Below are positions 22,349 to 31,670 of a stretch of 46,763 nucleotides of DNA, piece after piece (the stretch's first letter is position 1; each line of letters begins with the position of its first letter). The position numbers were made by a program, and so were the translations under genes. This DNA is from a virus (lineage: Duplodnaviria; Heunggongvirae; Uroviricota; Caudoviricetes), in IMG/VR virus record IMGVR_UViG_2511231131_000008; one strand, written 5' to 3'. The notes beneath the pieces were generated by a model, which made no database searches, had not been told where the DNA came from, and saw only the letters and a program-made list of their open reading frames with translations.

Positions 22349-22551
22349 AACCTCACTCCCAGCGGACGACGGCGACGCCGGGTTGTCCCCAGTACCGACT
22401 CCGCATCATTGATCGCCCGGTTAAGCTCATCCAGAGAAGCCGCCGTATATTCAATTCTGCGACCATCTTTCTGGACAGACACCACCCGTTTACCGGTTAA
22501 TAAATCAAGGCGCGCCTGACGCAGCGCCTGCAGTTCAGCGACTGTAACCAT
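22345..22551 (-). CDS. W: Head-tail joining protein W
   Basis: 68 aa; ...LLTGKRVVSVQKDGRRIEYTAASL... is lambda W-like. Confidence 0.9.
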   Translation of the reverse strand: MVTVAELQALRQARLDLLTGKRVVSVQKDGRRIEYTAASLDELNRAINDAESVLGTTRRRRRPLGVRL

Positions 22552-24463
22552 TCACTCCTCCGGACAGCTTCGCTGCCAGTTCTTTCAGGGTTGGCCGGGT
22601 CGTCTCTTCTTCCCGGGATTTTGCCAGTACAGCCAGATCAAGCTGCCAGCGTTGCACGGACACACGTAATGCCGCGTAGGCATACACCAGGCAGTCCAGC
22701 GCTTCGTTACGCCGCTTTTTGTTATCCCACAGCAGACGCATCTTTCCTTTTTCCCACTTCTCCACAAGCTCTTCCGCTACCAGTTGCTGCGCCTCTGTCT
22801 GCGAAAAAATCTCCGGATCATCAGGAAAACGGATGGCATACGACGTGGCTTCATCCGCAGGCGTGGGATCGGCTTTCATACGGGCATAGAGAATTTCTTT
22901 TGCGGTGTCCGTCCCCACTTCACACAGATACACGCCCCGCTGATTGCGGGTTTTCGGCATGGTGATCACCGGCTTGCCATAGACAGACGCGCCCTTTACC
23001 GGCAGCACCCGGAAAACACCGTGTTTTTTTGATCTCTGATAAACAATTTCACCATCGATCCCCCCGGTGTCCCAGCAGACACGGGAAATAGTCATTTCGG
23101 TGCCATCCGCATGGCGGTATTTTTTGTTGATCGCCGCATCCACACGTAACAGCGTCTCTTCCTCATCAGGACGCCCCATAATGATGATTTTATCCACCAG
23201 AAAGGCTTCCTCTCCCGGAGCCCATCCCCAGACATACATCTCAAAACGGTTTCGCTGCGAGTCAATGCCCGCCGTCAGATAAACCACCCGGGCAGGCACC
23301 GCCGCCGTGTAACGCACCACCTTATCCATCAGTACCTGGTGATCGAGTTTTTCGCCCACGGCCTCTTCCCAGGTCTCGCCCAGCGTGGTGTTCACAAAGG
23401 TTTTCAGGCCGTTGGGATCTTTCAGTGCATCCAGCCAGTCATAGACAATCTGTACCCAGGTGGTGAACGGACTGTACGCCGTCCAGATATGGAACGTGAT
23501 GGAGCGCGGCGGCGGAATTTCATCACCCCGGGCGCTGAAAAACGTCAGACCGTCACGGGTCCACATGCCCGTGTTTTCACAGATCCACCGCCCGTTACTC
23601 TGGTCAAGCTCAGACTGATGGATCACACAGCCATGATGCTCACAAAGGTAGAAAACACTTTCTGGCTTATTCTTCTCCCACTTAAGACCGAAAGGCGAGG
23701 CATCATCGCCAAATTTCAGATACTGCTCCTCCCCACAGTGCGGACAGGGCACATAAAAACGCATGAAGTGTGCCGACTCGTTAGCGGCTTTTTCGATCTG
23801 GCAGGTGCCTTTGATTTTAGGCGTCGAGCCGCGAATGGATTTTGGCCACACCGACCCCTCAATACGCTTATCCCCCAGCAGGGTTGGCGAGCCCTCTTTT
23901 TCGACATCCGGCTCGAACGAGGAAAGTTCGTCATAGCAGACCACGTCCACGGATTTTTCACGGTAGTTTTTGGCGGCAGCGCCGCCCAGGCACCAGAAAC
24001 CGACGCCCGATGAAAAGCGTTTCAGCGTGAGAGTATTGTCACGATGTTTACGACCCAGCCATGGGGAAAGGTCTTTCAGGCATGGCACGTTCCGAATCGT
24101 CGCCTCCACGTGAGACTTCATAAAATCTTCAGCGGCAGAATCCGTGGGCTGAAAAAGCAGACTGTTTCGGGATTTATGCTCAATAAAATACCCGACCACC
24201 CCCAGCAACATCTTTGTATAGCCAACACGGGCAGATTTAATCAGGTTAACCGTGCGAACCTGGTCGTTACCCATACAGTTCATAATGGCGATCTGGAATG
24301 GCAGCGTTTTCCATTCTCCCTCACCATATGAAGATTCTTTAGGCAGATAATAATTTTGATCAGCCCATTCAACTGCCGTCATTGGTACAACCCTGACCAG
24401 AGGCTGCAGCGCAACCGAAACGGCAGCCATCATATTATTCAGTTGTTGCTCTGATATATTCAT
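22535..24463 (-). CDS. A: Terminase large subunit A
   Basis: Start at MNISEQQ (ATG 24463); lambda gpA-like over its whole length; overlaps Nu1 by ~28 nt as in lambda. Confidence 0.95.
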   Translation of the reverse strand: MNISEQQLNNMMAAVSVALQPLVRVVPMTAVEWADQNYYLPKESSYGEGEWKTLPFQIAIMNCMGNDQVRTVNLIKSARVGYTKMLLGVVGYFIEHKSRNSLLFQPTDSAAEDFMKSHVEATIRNVPCLKDLSPWLGRKHRDNTLTLKRFSSGVGFWCLGGAAAKNYREKSVDVVCYDELSSFEPDVEKEGSPTLLGDKRIEGSVWPKSIRGSTPKIKGTCQIEKAANESAHFMRFYVPCPHCGEEQYLKFGDDASPFGLKWEKNKPESVFYLCEHHGCVIHQSELDQSNGRWICENTGMWTRDGLTFFSARGDEIPPPRSITFHIWTAYSPFTTWVQIVYDWLDALKDPNGLKTFVNTTLGETWEEAVGEKLDHQVLMDKVVRYTAAVPARVVYLTAGIDSQRNRFEMYVWGWAPGEEAFLVDKIIIMGRPDEEETLLRVDAAINKKYRHADGTEMTISRVCWDTGGIDGEIVYQRSKKHGVFRVLPVKGASVYGKPVITMPKTRNQRGVYLCEVGTDTAKEILYARMKADPTPADEATSYAIRFPDDPEIFSQTEAQQLVAEELVEKWEKGKMRLLWDNKKRRNEALDCLVYAYAALRVSVQRWQLDLAVLAKSREEETTRPTLKELAAKLSGGVNGYSR

Positions 24464-24944
24464 CGAGTAAATCCGGTAATTTATCCCCTGCCCGCGCACA
24501 CTGATTTGCCCCCTTAGCAATAAGGGTTTTCAGATGGTCAAGATGGCGCGGTGTTAAATCAGGAAACTGTCGCTGCATGGATAAAGGGATGGAATCAAGC
24601 GTACTGGATAACGCCATTGCCAGCTTACTGAGGGCAAAAATACAGAACCCGGTGTCAATAAGTTTTCCTTTTGACACCTCATTTTTTAACTGCTGTGTAA
24701 CAGCCTGTTCTGCTGTCAGTTCCCATCTGGCAATAAGCAATTTCTCCTCATAGTCGTCTTCGCTATCGCCATCAGGCACATCGTTTTTACTTCTCCTCAG
24801 ATACGATATGTAAAAATCGCGCCAGGCATCCAGATCCAGTTGCCCTCGCTTATTCGATATCGGGGCACCCGGCAATTTCTGCAATCTGCGAAGCTGGCGA
24901 TCGGTCAGACTTAAATGCCTGGCAACTTCAGTCTGCGTAGCCAC
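24435..24944 (-). CDS. Nu1: Terminase small subunit Nu1-like
   Basis: C-terminal part lambda Nu1-like (...FCIFALSKLAMALSSTLDSIPLSMQRQFPDLTPRHLDHLK...); N-terminal DNA-binding part diverged. Confidence 0.85.
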   Translation of the reverse strand: MATQTEVARHLSLTDRQLRRLQKLPGAPISNKRGQLDLDAWRDFYISYLRRSKNDVPDGDSEDDYEEKLLIARWELTAEQAVTQQLKNEVSKGKLIDTGFCIFALSKLAMALSSTLDSIPLSMQRQFPDLTPRHLDHLKTLIAKGANQCARAGDKLPDLLDEYIRATTE

Positions 24945-24989
24945 TCCTCACCTCGCAAAAACTCTCACCTCACAATCACAACAAAACCG

Positions 24990-25092
24990 GTCATGTCCGG
25001 TTTACATGTCTGTTTTTTGTTCATGTCCGGTTCACAGAAGACCTGTTTTTATATTTTTCATATAGTTAACTTGCAGAGAAACCGGACATGGA
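24990..25092. promoter_or_regulatory. cosB-like terminase-binding region with three R-site-like repeats
   Basis: CATGTCCGGTT at 24992-25002 and 25022-25032, inverted copy AACCGGACATG at 25080-25090, between Nu1 and cosN. Confidence 0.65.
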
Positions 25093-25127
25093 TCCCGGAA
25101 AATTTTCATAAATAGCGAAAACCCGCG

Positions 25128-25139
25128 AGGTCGCCGCCC
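25128..25139. other. cosN cohesive-end site (12-nt overhang GGGCGGCGACCT on the minus strand)
   Basis: Minus-strand sequence GTTACGGGGCGGCGACCTCGCGGGTTTTCGCTATTTATGAAAATTTTCCGG matches the lambda cos sequence as recalled. Confidence 0.85.
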
Positions 25140-25338
25140 CGTAACCTGTCGGATCGCCGGAAAGGACCCGCAAAATGATAATAATTATCATCTACATGTC
25201 ACAACGTGCATCTACGCCATCAAACCACGTCAAATAATCAATTATGACGCAGGTATCGTATTAATTGATCTGCATCAACTTAACGTAAAAACAACTTCAG
25301 ACAATACAAATCAGCGACACTGAATACGGGGCAACCTC

Positions 25339-25566
25339 ATGTCAACGAAGAACAGAACCCGCAGAACAACAACCCGCAACATCCGATTTCCAAACCAGAT
25401 GATTGAACAAATTAACATCGCTCTTGACCAGAAAGGTTCAGAAAATTTTTCTGCGTGGGTCATTGAATCTTGCCGCCGGGAGCTGGCAGCAGACATAAAA
25501 TATGCCCGTCAGTTGACTATAAAAAAGAATGATACACAGTATGCTCTGCGATGGCTGTTCATATAA
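25339..25566 (+). CDS. YlcI/YnfO-like small protein (DUF3950-type), opposite strand to late genes
   Basis: 75 aa beginning MSTKNRTRRTTTRNIRFPNQMIEQINIALDQKGSENFSAWVIE; position between cos and Rz matches that of ylcI-like genes in E. coli cryptic prophages (recall-based). Confidence 0.55.
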   Translation: MSTKNRTRRTTTRNIRFPNQMIEQINIALDQKGSENFSAWVIESCRRELAADIKYARQLTIKKNDTQYALRWLFI

Positions 25567-25698
25567 CTATTTCTTTATATTGCTGAATTTATAAAAACTC
25601 ACAGACATTAGCTGTATTAATTCCGAATTGAAATAATCAGCCATATAGAATAAAAATAAAGCATAACAATAATAATCTTCTACCCAATCAGTACATTA

Positions 25699-25728
25699 CT
25701 GCTGTGACTCCAACACGGCAGTTTTTTT
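25699..25728 (+). terminator. Rho-independent terminator after the ylcI-like gene
   Basis: ctgctg-loop-cggcag hairpin followed by TTTTTTT. Confidence 0.5.
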
Positions 25729-25928
25729 ATTGAACAGATTCCAGTTTCTTCCACCATCGCACCGGACGGGCGACCATGAGGGGAGAACGCCGCGCTCCGT
25801 TTACGCGGTAAACCCCGGTGTGTATCGTTTTTGATTATCCCCGCACACTCTCGCAGAGGAGTCTCCCTGTCGGGCTGCGGTCTCTGTTAATGCAGGAATA
25901 CGGCGACGATACGGCGCATCAGCAAAAC

Positions 25929-26396
25929 TTAGTTCAGGCACTGAGTGCGGATATAGTCCTGTGCCCCTTCCAGCTGCTTCTGCATGGTCATCAACCGTTC
26001 TCTGAGGATGAAATAATCCCGTTCAGCGGTGTCTGCCAGTCGGGGGCCGGTTGCATTATCCACGCCGGAGGTGCCGGTGGCTTCACGCACGGTACCGGAG
26101 CAGGTGGCGTTGATCCGCAGGCGCTTACGACCAGCGGCAACATCAGCACGCAGAGTTTCATTTTCAGCTCTCGCATCGGCTAACTCCCTCGAGTATTTTG
26201 CATCGAGCGCAGCAACATCACGCTGGCGCACCTGCATGTCAGTAATGGTGGCATTCGCCTGTTCCAGCTCTCTGGCTTTTTTATCGCGCTGCGCTTTGTA
26301 GGTGAGCGCGTTGTCACGGTAATGGTTTGTTGCCAGCCACAGCGCACCACAGCCAACCGCCAGGACAATAATCACCACACACAGAACACGGTTCAT
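25929..26396 (-). CDS. Rz: Spanin inner-membrane subunit Rz
   Basis: 155 aa; ...[45 protein letters not shown]... is lambda Rz-like. Confidence 0.9.
   Translation of the reverse strand: MNRVLCVVIIVLAVGCGALWLATNHYRDNALTYKAQRDKKARELEQANATITDMQVRQRDVAALDAKYSRELADARAENETLRADVAAGRKRLRINATCSGTVREATGTSGVDNATGPRLADTAERDYFILRERLMTMQKQLEGAQDYIRTQCLN
25991..26176 (-). CDS. Rz1: Spanin outer-membrane lipoprotein Rz1, embedded in Rz in a different frame
   Basis: Proline-rich 61-aa ORF with lipobox LVVSAC and ...[27 protein letters not shown]..., lambda Rz1-like. Confidence 0.85.
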   Translation of the reverse strand: MRELKMKLCVLMLPLVVSACGSTPPAPVPCVKPPAPPAWIMQPAPDWQTPLNGIISSSENG

Positions 26397-26403
26397 CTCT
26401 CTT

Positions 26404-26538
26404 TCACCCCACCAGTCCCGATAACGTCAGGACTCGCCAGGCGGTGGAAAAGAAAATGGCAACCAGCATGACTAAAAATGAAATGCCGACAAGTACACAG
26501 AGGCTCTTCACCAGCGTTATGAGTTTATCTGATATCAT
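26404..26538 (-). CDS. Hypothetical 44-aa membrane peptide
   Basis: [44 protein letters not shown]; ATG start, one predicted TM helix, fills the gap between the ant-like gene and Rz. Below the 60-aa cutoff of the ORF track. Confidence 0.3.
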   Translation of the reverse strand: MISDKLITLVKSLCVLVGISFLVMLVAIFFSTAWRVLTLSGLVG

Positions 26539-26549
26539 TAGCCACCCCA

Positions 26550-27119
26550 TCAATCCGCCTTTGTTATTTTCCCTTTGCCTGTATCAGCCAGGACAAAATC
26601 AATCAGCATATTCGCTTCATTTACCAGCGTACGGATTTTTGATACATGCGCGGCTTTAACCTGTTTCCACTCATTCAGCCCGGTAGCAAACACACTGGCA
26701 ATGTTTTTATCCCGTTTCATGTCAGCACAAGCCTGGTTGAGTTCTTCCATCACGCTCATTTTACGGGGATTAACGACAAAACCCTTCGTCCAGTACTCGT
26801 AAAGAACATCGTCGCACTCTTCCTGATACCGGATGACCTTATCGCGGATTTCGGGTTTTACTTTGTTGGGATTAATGGTTTGTAGCCAGCCGGCAAGTTT
26901 TCGAAGTGGCATGGACACCATATTGCGTTGTTTCCCATCCTCAGCAACCATAACGATTTCCGTTATAGTTGACGCAAAACGCTGTCTTAACTTAGCCAAC
27001 TGTGATTGCCAGGCCAGCCCCATCCCCGCAACGACAGGTTTCATGGGAACGTATGGTTCGCCATTATGGTTAACTACATAAAGAGAGTTGCCGTGAAACG
27101 GCACGGCCATCATATTCAT
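26550..27119 (-). CDS. Phage antirepressor-like protein (AntA/P22 AR N-terminal-type), inside the lysis cassette
   Basis: 189 aa; domain assignment is from recall only. An ant-like gene between endolysin and Rz is a recurring arrangement in EHEC lambdoid prophages. Confidence 0.5.
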   Translation of the reverse strand: MNMMAVPFHGNSLYVVNHNGEPYVPMKPVVAGMGLAWQSQLAKLRQRFASTITEIVMVAEDGKQRNMVSMPLRKLAGWLQTINPNKVKPEIRDKVIRYQEECDDVLYEYWTKGFVVNPRKMSVMEELNQACADMKRDKNIASVFATGLNEWKQVKAAHVSKIRTLVNEANMLIDFVLADTGKGKITKAD

Positions 27120-27389
27120 CGGTTATTTCCTTTTAGTGATGAACCTTGTCTCACAGGAATCCAGCCCACAGAAAGGCACCGACAGCCAAACCGGTATCCT
27201 CAAGGGTCATCCTGAAAGGTTCTGTGTTGTGAGATGCGCGTGAGATGCGCAGAAATGACAAAGGCATCATTACGGTGCCTGAGTGTTAAACAACTGTTTT
27301 GACTTTATTCACTTACATTTTGCCAATTTGCAGGATTTCGTGTTATCCGTCCATGTAAGCAAACCTCATTTTTCAGCAAAATATTCTTC

Positions 27390-27923
27390 TTATCTGTCGA
27401 TTCCCCAGCACGCCAGCGCGCTCTCCTGGTCACGACGGGATACCTGACCGTAACAGTTGTTTGAACGAATACGGCAGTCTCTGCCACCGTCCTTAATCCA
27501 CCAGCGAATCGCTTCGCAGGCACCTTTTCGATCACCTGCATTAATTCGTCTGTAAAACGTCGACGGGAAACACTTACCGGGACCAATGTTGTACGGACAG
27601 AATGACGCGATCCCCGCTTTCTGGGGTTCGGTCAGCGGCACTTTGATGTTTTTCTCCACCCATGCCAGCGCCTTATCACGCTCAATGGCGTTAACCTGGT
27701 CGCATTTTTCCTTCGACAACTTCATGCCCGGGACGACAGGTTTACCATCCACCAGGATGGCACCGCGGCAGATGGTCCAGATACCCGTACCATCACGGTA
27801 TGCTGTGGTGTGGTTACCTTCCTTTTCATCCAGAAACTGGTCGAGGATTTCAGGCGCAGACGCCCCTGCACCAATCAGCGCCAGAACGGCAGCCGACAGG
27901 CCGTATCTGATTTTTGCGTTCAT
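27390..27923 (-). CDS. R: SAR endolysin (phage 21 R-type lysozyme)
   Basis: 177 aa; Gly/Ala-rich N-terminal signal-arrest-release segment MNAKIRYGLSAAVLALIGAGASAPEIL followed by a lysozyme-like domain. Confidence 0.85.
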   Translation of the reverse strand: MNAKIRYGLSAAVLALIGAGASAPEILDQFLDEKEGNHTTAYRDGTGIWTICRGAILVDGKPVVPGMKLSKEKCDQVNAIERDKALAWVEKNIKVPLTEPQKAGIASFCPYNIGPGKCFPSTFYRRINAGDRKGACEAIRWWIKDGGRDCRIRSNNCYGQVSRRDQESALACWGIDR

Positions 27924-27973
27924 GGATATTTATCAGGATTTATCGATTTCAAATCCCTGGATATGTTAAGTCT

Positions 27974-28318
27974 TCAGGCCAGCGGTGGAGTCTTCAGAGA
28001 ACCAGTAATTCTTCCCGGTAGCTTTCCTCTGTAGGTTATCAACACGTCCTGCGCCTCTAAAATGATGGGCCGCTTTTCCGGCAACGGACCATCCCCTTCA
28101 CATAACCCGGCAGCAACATCCATGAAAAACTGCTTCGCCTGCTTTTTCGCCTCAGCTTCGTAAAACTCCAGCGTGGCTCCTTCAGTACGGTCAAGACTAA
28201 TCGCCACATCTGGCAACAACAGTGACGGATACCCACCAATTTCCGGTGCCACAGTAACAGTAATCTTATCCGGGTAATTATTTATCCCTTTAACAACCAG
28301 TTCGTATTTTTTCTTCAT
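27974..28318 (-). CDS. YdfR-like (DUF1327-type) protein between holin and endolysin
   Basis: 114 aa; position mirrors essQ-ydfR-rrrQ of the Qin prophage. Family assignment is by position and recall. Confidence 0.45.
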   Translation of the reverse strand: MKKKYELVVKGINNYPDKITVTVAPEIGGYPSLLLPDVAISLDRTEGATLEFYEAEAKKQAKQFFMDVAAGLCEGDGPLPEKRPIILEAQDVLITYRGKLPGRITGSLKTPPLA

Positions 28319-28322
28319 CGCT

Positions 28323-28538
28323 TTACTCTCCCCGCGCCGCCTTACGACGGTCCTCTCTGATTTTGAAATACAGGTTAGTCAGATACGTCAGCAGGCCAAA
28401 CAGCAGACTCCCCAGCACACCTATCGCCACCCACTGGGACGGAGAGACTTTGTCCAGCAGCTGCAGTAACCAGTATCCCGTCCCCACCGCTGACGTGGTG
28501 TATGACACACCCGTTGTGATTTTTTCCATCTGGTACAT
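28323..28538 (-). CDS. S: Pinholin (phage 21 S21-type class II holin)
   Basis: 71 aa; ...[50 protein letters not shown] closely matches S21 as recalled; dual Met start MYQM. Confidence 0.9.
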   Translation of the reverse strand: MYQMEKITTGVSYTTSAVGTGYWLLQLLDKVSPSQWVAIGVLGSLLFGLLTYLTNLYFKIREDRRKAARGE

Positions 28539-28613
28539 ACCCCGTCTCCCGCAATCCGGAAGCTCACAACAACAGGAGGGGCATCAGCTCACACCGACAG
28601 CCCCTGCGTATGG

Positions 28614-28883
28614 TTACATCATCATTTCGCCGCCAGGCTGAGGCTCACTGCTACCGTCAGGCTGAGACACAACGCCATCTGAAACAGCACTGTCACCCGC
28701 GCCGTCTTCAGGCTCAGGAGCAGCCGGTCCCCCCAGCAGCTCATCCAGAATGGCATCCACTTCAGCATCAAGACGCGCCTCAAGATTCTGGCGGAGTTGC
28801 TGTTTCAGTGCGCTTCTGACTTCTTCAGAGCGCAGGACGTCCTTCACTGCTTCAGCAGTGACCAGAGATTTTATTTCTGACAT
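28614..28883 (-). CDS. Hypothetical acidic protein
   Basis: 89 aa from ATG 28883 (MSEIKSLVTAEAVKDVLRSEEVRSALKQQLRQNLEARLDAEVDAILDELL...); helical N-terminus and acidic Pro/Gly/Ser-rich tail; directly upstream of the holin. Confidence 0.5.
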   Translation of the reverse strand: MSEIKSLVTAEAVKDVLRSEEVRSALKQQLRQNLEARLDAEVDAILDELLGGPAAPEPEDGAGDSAVSDGVVSQPDGSSEPQPGGEMMM

Positions 28884-28920
28884 GGGATTTTCTCGTTGAA
28901 AGGTGTTGTTAAGAAAGTTG

Positions 28921-29103
28921 CTACGAAATGAGAGGCTCTTCGGGTTTTGTTCCGGCTGACTGGCTGGCGCTGATTTTTTCCGCCGCCGCGGCATCAATCT
29001 TTTTGCGTATATAGTTCCGGATAACCTTATACCCGCCACTTACCAGATATAACGTGCACACCACCGTGCAGAAATACAATAAAATAAGCTGTACAAATCT
29101 CAT
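28921..29103 (-). CDS. Hypothetical small membrane protein
   Basis: 60 aa with an N-terminal TM helix (MRFVQLILLYFCTVVCTLYLVSGGYKV...). Confidence 0.45.
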   Translation of the reverse strand: MRFVQLILLYFCTVVCTLYLVSGGYKVIRNYIRKKIDAAAAEKISASQSAGTKPEEPLIS

Positions 29104-29250
29104 TATCCCTCCCGGTTATTGATATGGTGTTGACATCGTTAATACCTGTTGGTTAAAAAAGTGTCCTGCATGTTTTGCTTTGGATATAACGACATTTGCC
29201 GCCGGTTCTGGCTCCTTGTTTTCCCTGCCCCGGCGGCCTTTTTTTCCTGC

Positions 29251-31188
29251 TTACGGGTTATTCACTTCCACTGTTATACTTTCAATCAGCACCGGATATG
29301 TCGCACCGCTAGTGATATCGGTCACGCGCAATTTGTCTGCCGTAAACGTGCCGACCGGTGACTGTGACAGCATGAACGGCGTCCCGTCCTTACCATCAAT
29401 GACCGGCGTCACCTCAATACTGTTGTTACCGGCAAAACGGAAGCCCAGCGTATGCCATTCGTTATCAAATGCGCCGAATGACCCCAGCTTCGTGTTCTGA
29501 CCAGCATTTCCCTTGTGGTACATCACATTAAGGTCTGTGGCATCGCTCTGTACGTAAAACGACGCCAGCAGGTTATGACCGGCATTACCTTCCAGTGTGA
29601 CGCCCTGAGGCAGTGAAGAAACCGGCCAGTACAGCGCCAGTGCGTACTGATTAGCTGTCAGTGTGCCATCAACTTTAAAACGACAACTGATAAGCCCGCC
29701 CTTCTCCAGCAGGTCTGCGCCATTACCGGCATCATGCTGCATAAACCACGAGGAACTTCCTGTCTGTTTGGTCCACCTCAGCGCCTTACCTCCTGCAGCA
29801 CCTGCATCATCAACTACCAATGCACGCCCTCCTTCAGCTCCCCATCCCTGCGGATTCAGTAAACCACCTGACTCTGTTGCACGGTAATAAAGCAGCGTTG
29901 TCACTGATTTCCCGTCCGTTGACGGTGTTGATGGTGTGTCCGGTGACGGCTTCTCATCCGGCGGCATCACAACCTGTTCCCCACCCACCAGTTCAGCCGT
30001 CCGTCCTGCATGGAGAAGAATCGCTGAGGCAAGACGGTCAGAAATAATCCCCCTGCGTGCCCATGAGCTGAAATGGCTCGCACGGTCTGCTGACGTCCAG
30101 TTTGCCGACGTCCGGGAGGCCGCACCGTAATATCCTGATGCCGGAATATCCGGGTCTTCTTCCGGTTTGTTCGTCGGGACATTTGCTCCGTTCTCATCGG
30201 TCATGAACGGCACAAAGTGAATATTCTTTTCCGTTTTGTTTTTGTAACTGCCGTACACCGTCTGGTAAGTGGATTCGCTCTTCTGCTTCCAGAAATAAGT
30301 TGTGTCTCCACATATCCAGGGAACACCGTCAGCAGAACCACCAGCGCACTGTCCCACCATATCTGCAAGGTCCGTACGATATTGTTCCACTACTTCTGTA
30401 AAACGGGCTGTGTGATTTGCTGGCGTTCCGTCAAAGTCAAATTCCCCCTGCATCCACACCACGGCAAGCAGCACATTTTTCGGGTTCTTTGCCAGCGCGG
30501 CTTTTGTACGACCGATGAGATCCTTATACAGCGGCCTGCCCACACCCCAGCGGGTAGAACTCTCTGAGGCACCGGTCACGTCACTGTATGTTCCATCTGC
30601 CCCGGTGGTGAAAGCTGAACCACCACGGCAGCACGGAACCAGAAGAATACCCGCATTCGCCGGTATAAACGGCAGCAGCTTTTTGGCAATATGCAGCCCC
30701 TGCCCCACGGTTCCGTACTGACCTTTCGACAGGTCAGCTTTCGGATGGTTAAGACGGCTCATGTCCTGTACATCATGCAGACAGTGGTCTGCCGGAATAA
30801 TGTCGTTATATTTACAGGGAGCGCCATCCGGCGTCACTGTGCTGCGACGAGCCAGTTGCTTTATACGCGGGTCAGGACGGTCATATGTCTGCGGCAGAGG
30901 AAGCCCCTCACCGTAAGCCATGCCGTTCGACTGCCCGGCCAGTGGAATAACGTAGTAATAATCTGGCTCCGTGGTGACCACTCCCGGATAGCCACCATCC
31001 CCCGTGCCGGGCACAACCACTGGCGTGGTCACATCCCCCTCCGCGGCAATCGCCTGCATCAGGGTATAAGGGGTTATGGCCACAGGACTACCAAACGGCT
31101 GCCAGCCCTCTTTCAGTTTGTGTGTCAGCTTTTCCGCAAGATCTGACGGCGACGCCGCCCTGACAACATCATAATGTTTAATCGACAT
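29251..31188 (-). CDS. nanS: Prophage sialate O-acetylesterase (NanS-p-type; DUF1737 + SGNH/SASA esterase)
   Basis: 645 aa; N-terminal MSIKHYDVVRAASPSDLAEKLTHKLKEGWQPFGSP, esterase motif AGQSNGMAYG; occupies the Q-S slot where Stx phages carry nanS-p. Confidence 0.8.
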   Translation of the reverse strand: MSIKHYDVVRAASPSDLAEKLTHKLKEGWQPFGSPVAITPYTLMQAIAAEGDVTTPVVVPGTGDGGYPGVVTTEPDYYYVIPLAGQSNGMAYGEGLPLPQTYDRPDPRIKQLARRSTVTPDGAPCKYNDIIPADHCLHDVQDMSRLNHPKADLSKGQYGTVGQGLHIAKKLLPFIPANAGILLVPCCRGGSAFTTGADGTYSDVTGASESSTRWGVGRPLYKDLIGRTKAALAKNPKNVLLAVVWMQGEFDFDGTPANHTARFTEVVEQYRTDLADMVGQCAGGSADGVPWICGDTTYFWKQKSESTYQTVYGSYKNKTEKNIHFVPFMTDENGANVPTNKPEEDPDIPASGYYGAASRTSANWTSADRASHFSSWARRGIISDRLASAILLHAGRTAELVGGEQVVMPPDEKPSPDTPSTPSTDGKSVTTLLYYRATESGGLLNPQGWGAEGGRALVVDDAGAAGGKALRWTKQTGSSSWFMQHDAGNGADLLEKGGLISCRFKVDGTLTANQYALALYWPVSSLPQGVTLEGNAGHNLLASFYVQSDATDLNVMYHKGNAGQNTKLGSFGAFDNEWHTLGFRFAGNNSIEVTPVIDGKDGTPFMLSQSPVGTFTADKLRVTDITSGATYPVLIESITVEVNNP

Positions 31189-31502
31189 CGAATTTCTCCC
31201 GTGTACAGGAACAGAGTTAAAAAGCCGGAACCGGAATCAAATCACAGGATGACCATCTGCCAGTGGCTGGTCGTAAAAAAAAGGCCGCGCCATGCGCAGC
31301 CGGAAATAAAGGGATAACGATGATAGTTTGAGAAAAACAGAAATAACACTTTTGTGGCAAAGCATGGTGCCGGGTGCCTCCCGGTGAATTCAGTACCAGC
31401 ACCTGAATCCGCGATTATCCCATATACCTGGTTGCTGATTGCCCCACCGCACAGGGGGATTCACCATGCAGTAGTATTTTTAATAAACAGTAAACAAAAA
31501 AA

Positions 31503-31670
31503 TCAAGCATTATGCAGGCTGTTTCTTTTTATCACCGGCCACAGCAATACCACAATGCCGCAGACCAGCCCCCCATCCGCCAGCACCGACATGATTCTGC
31601 TGGTGAAATCCACCATCACCACCAGAAACAGCAGGAGTGCAGCCACAGCCAGGCGCAGTTTTACCGTCAC
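31503..31670 (-). CDS. Hypothetical 55-aa membrane peptide (GTG start overlapping the upstream stop)
   Basis: VTVKLRLAVAALLLFLVVMVDFTSRIMSVLADGGLVCGIVVLLWPVIKRNSLHNA; GTGA start/stop overlap with the TerB-like frame. Confidence 0.3.
   Translation of the reverse strand: MTVKLRLAVAALLLFLVVMVDFTSRIMSVLADGGLVCGIVVLLWPVIKRNSLHNA

Noticed and set aside
29199-29246. GC-rich inverted repeat with T-run immediately downstream of the esterase gene
   Set aside because: The T-run follows the stem on the plus strand, whereas the adjacent genes are on the minus strand, and the loop is about 24 nt. It may be a structural element or a terminator for antisense transcription, but is not a convincing terminator for the esterase gene.
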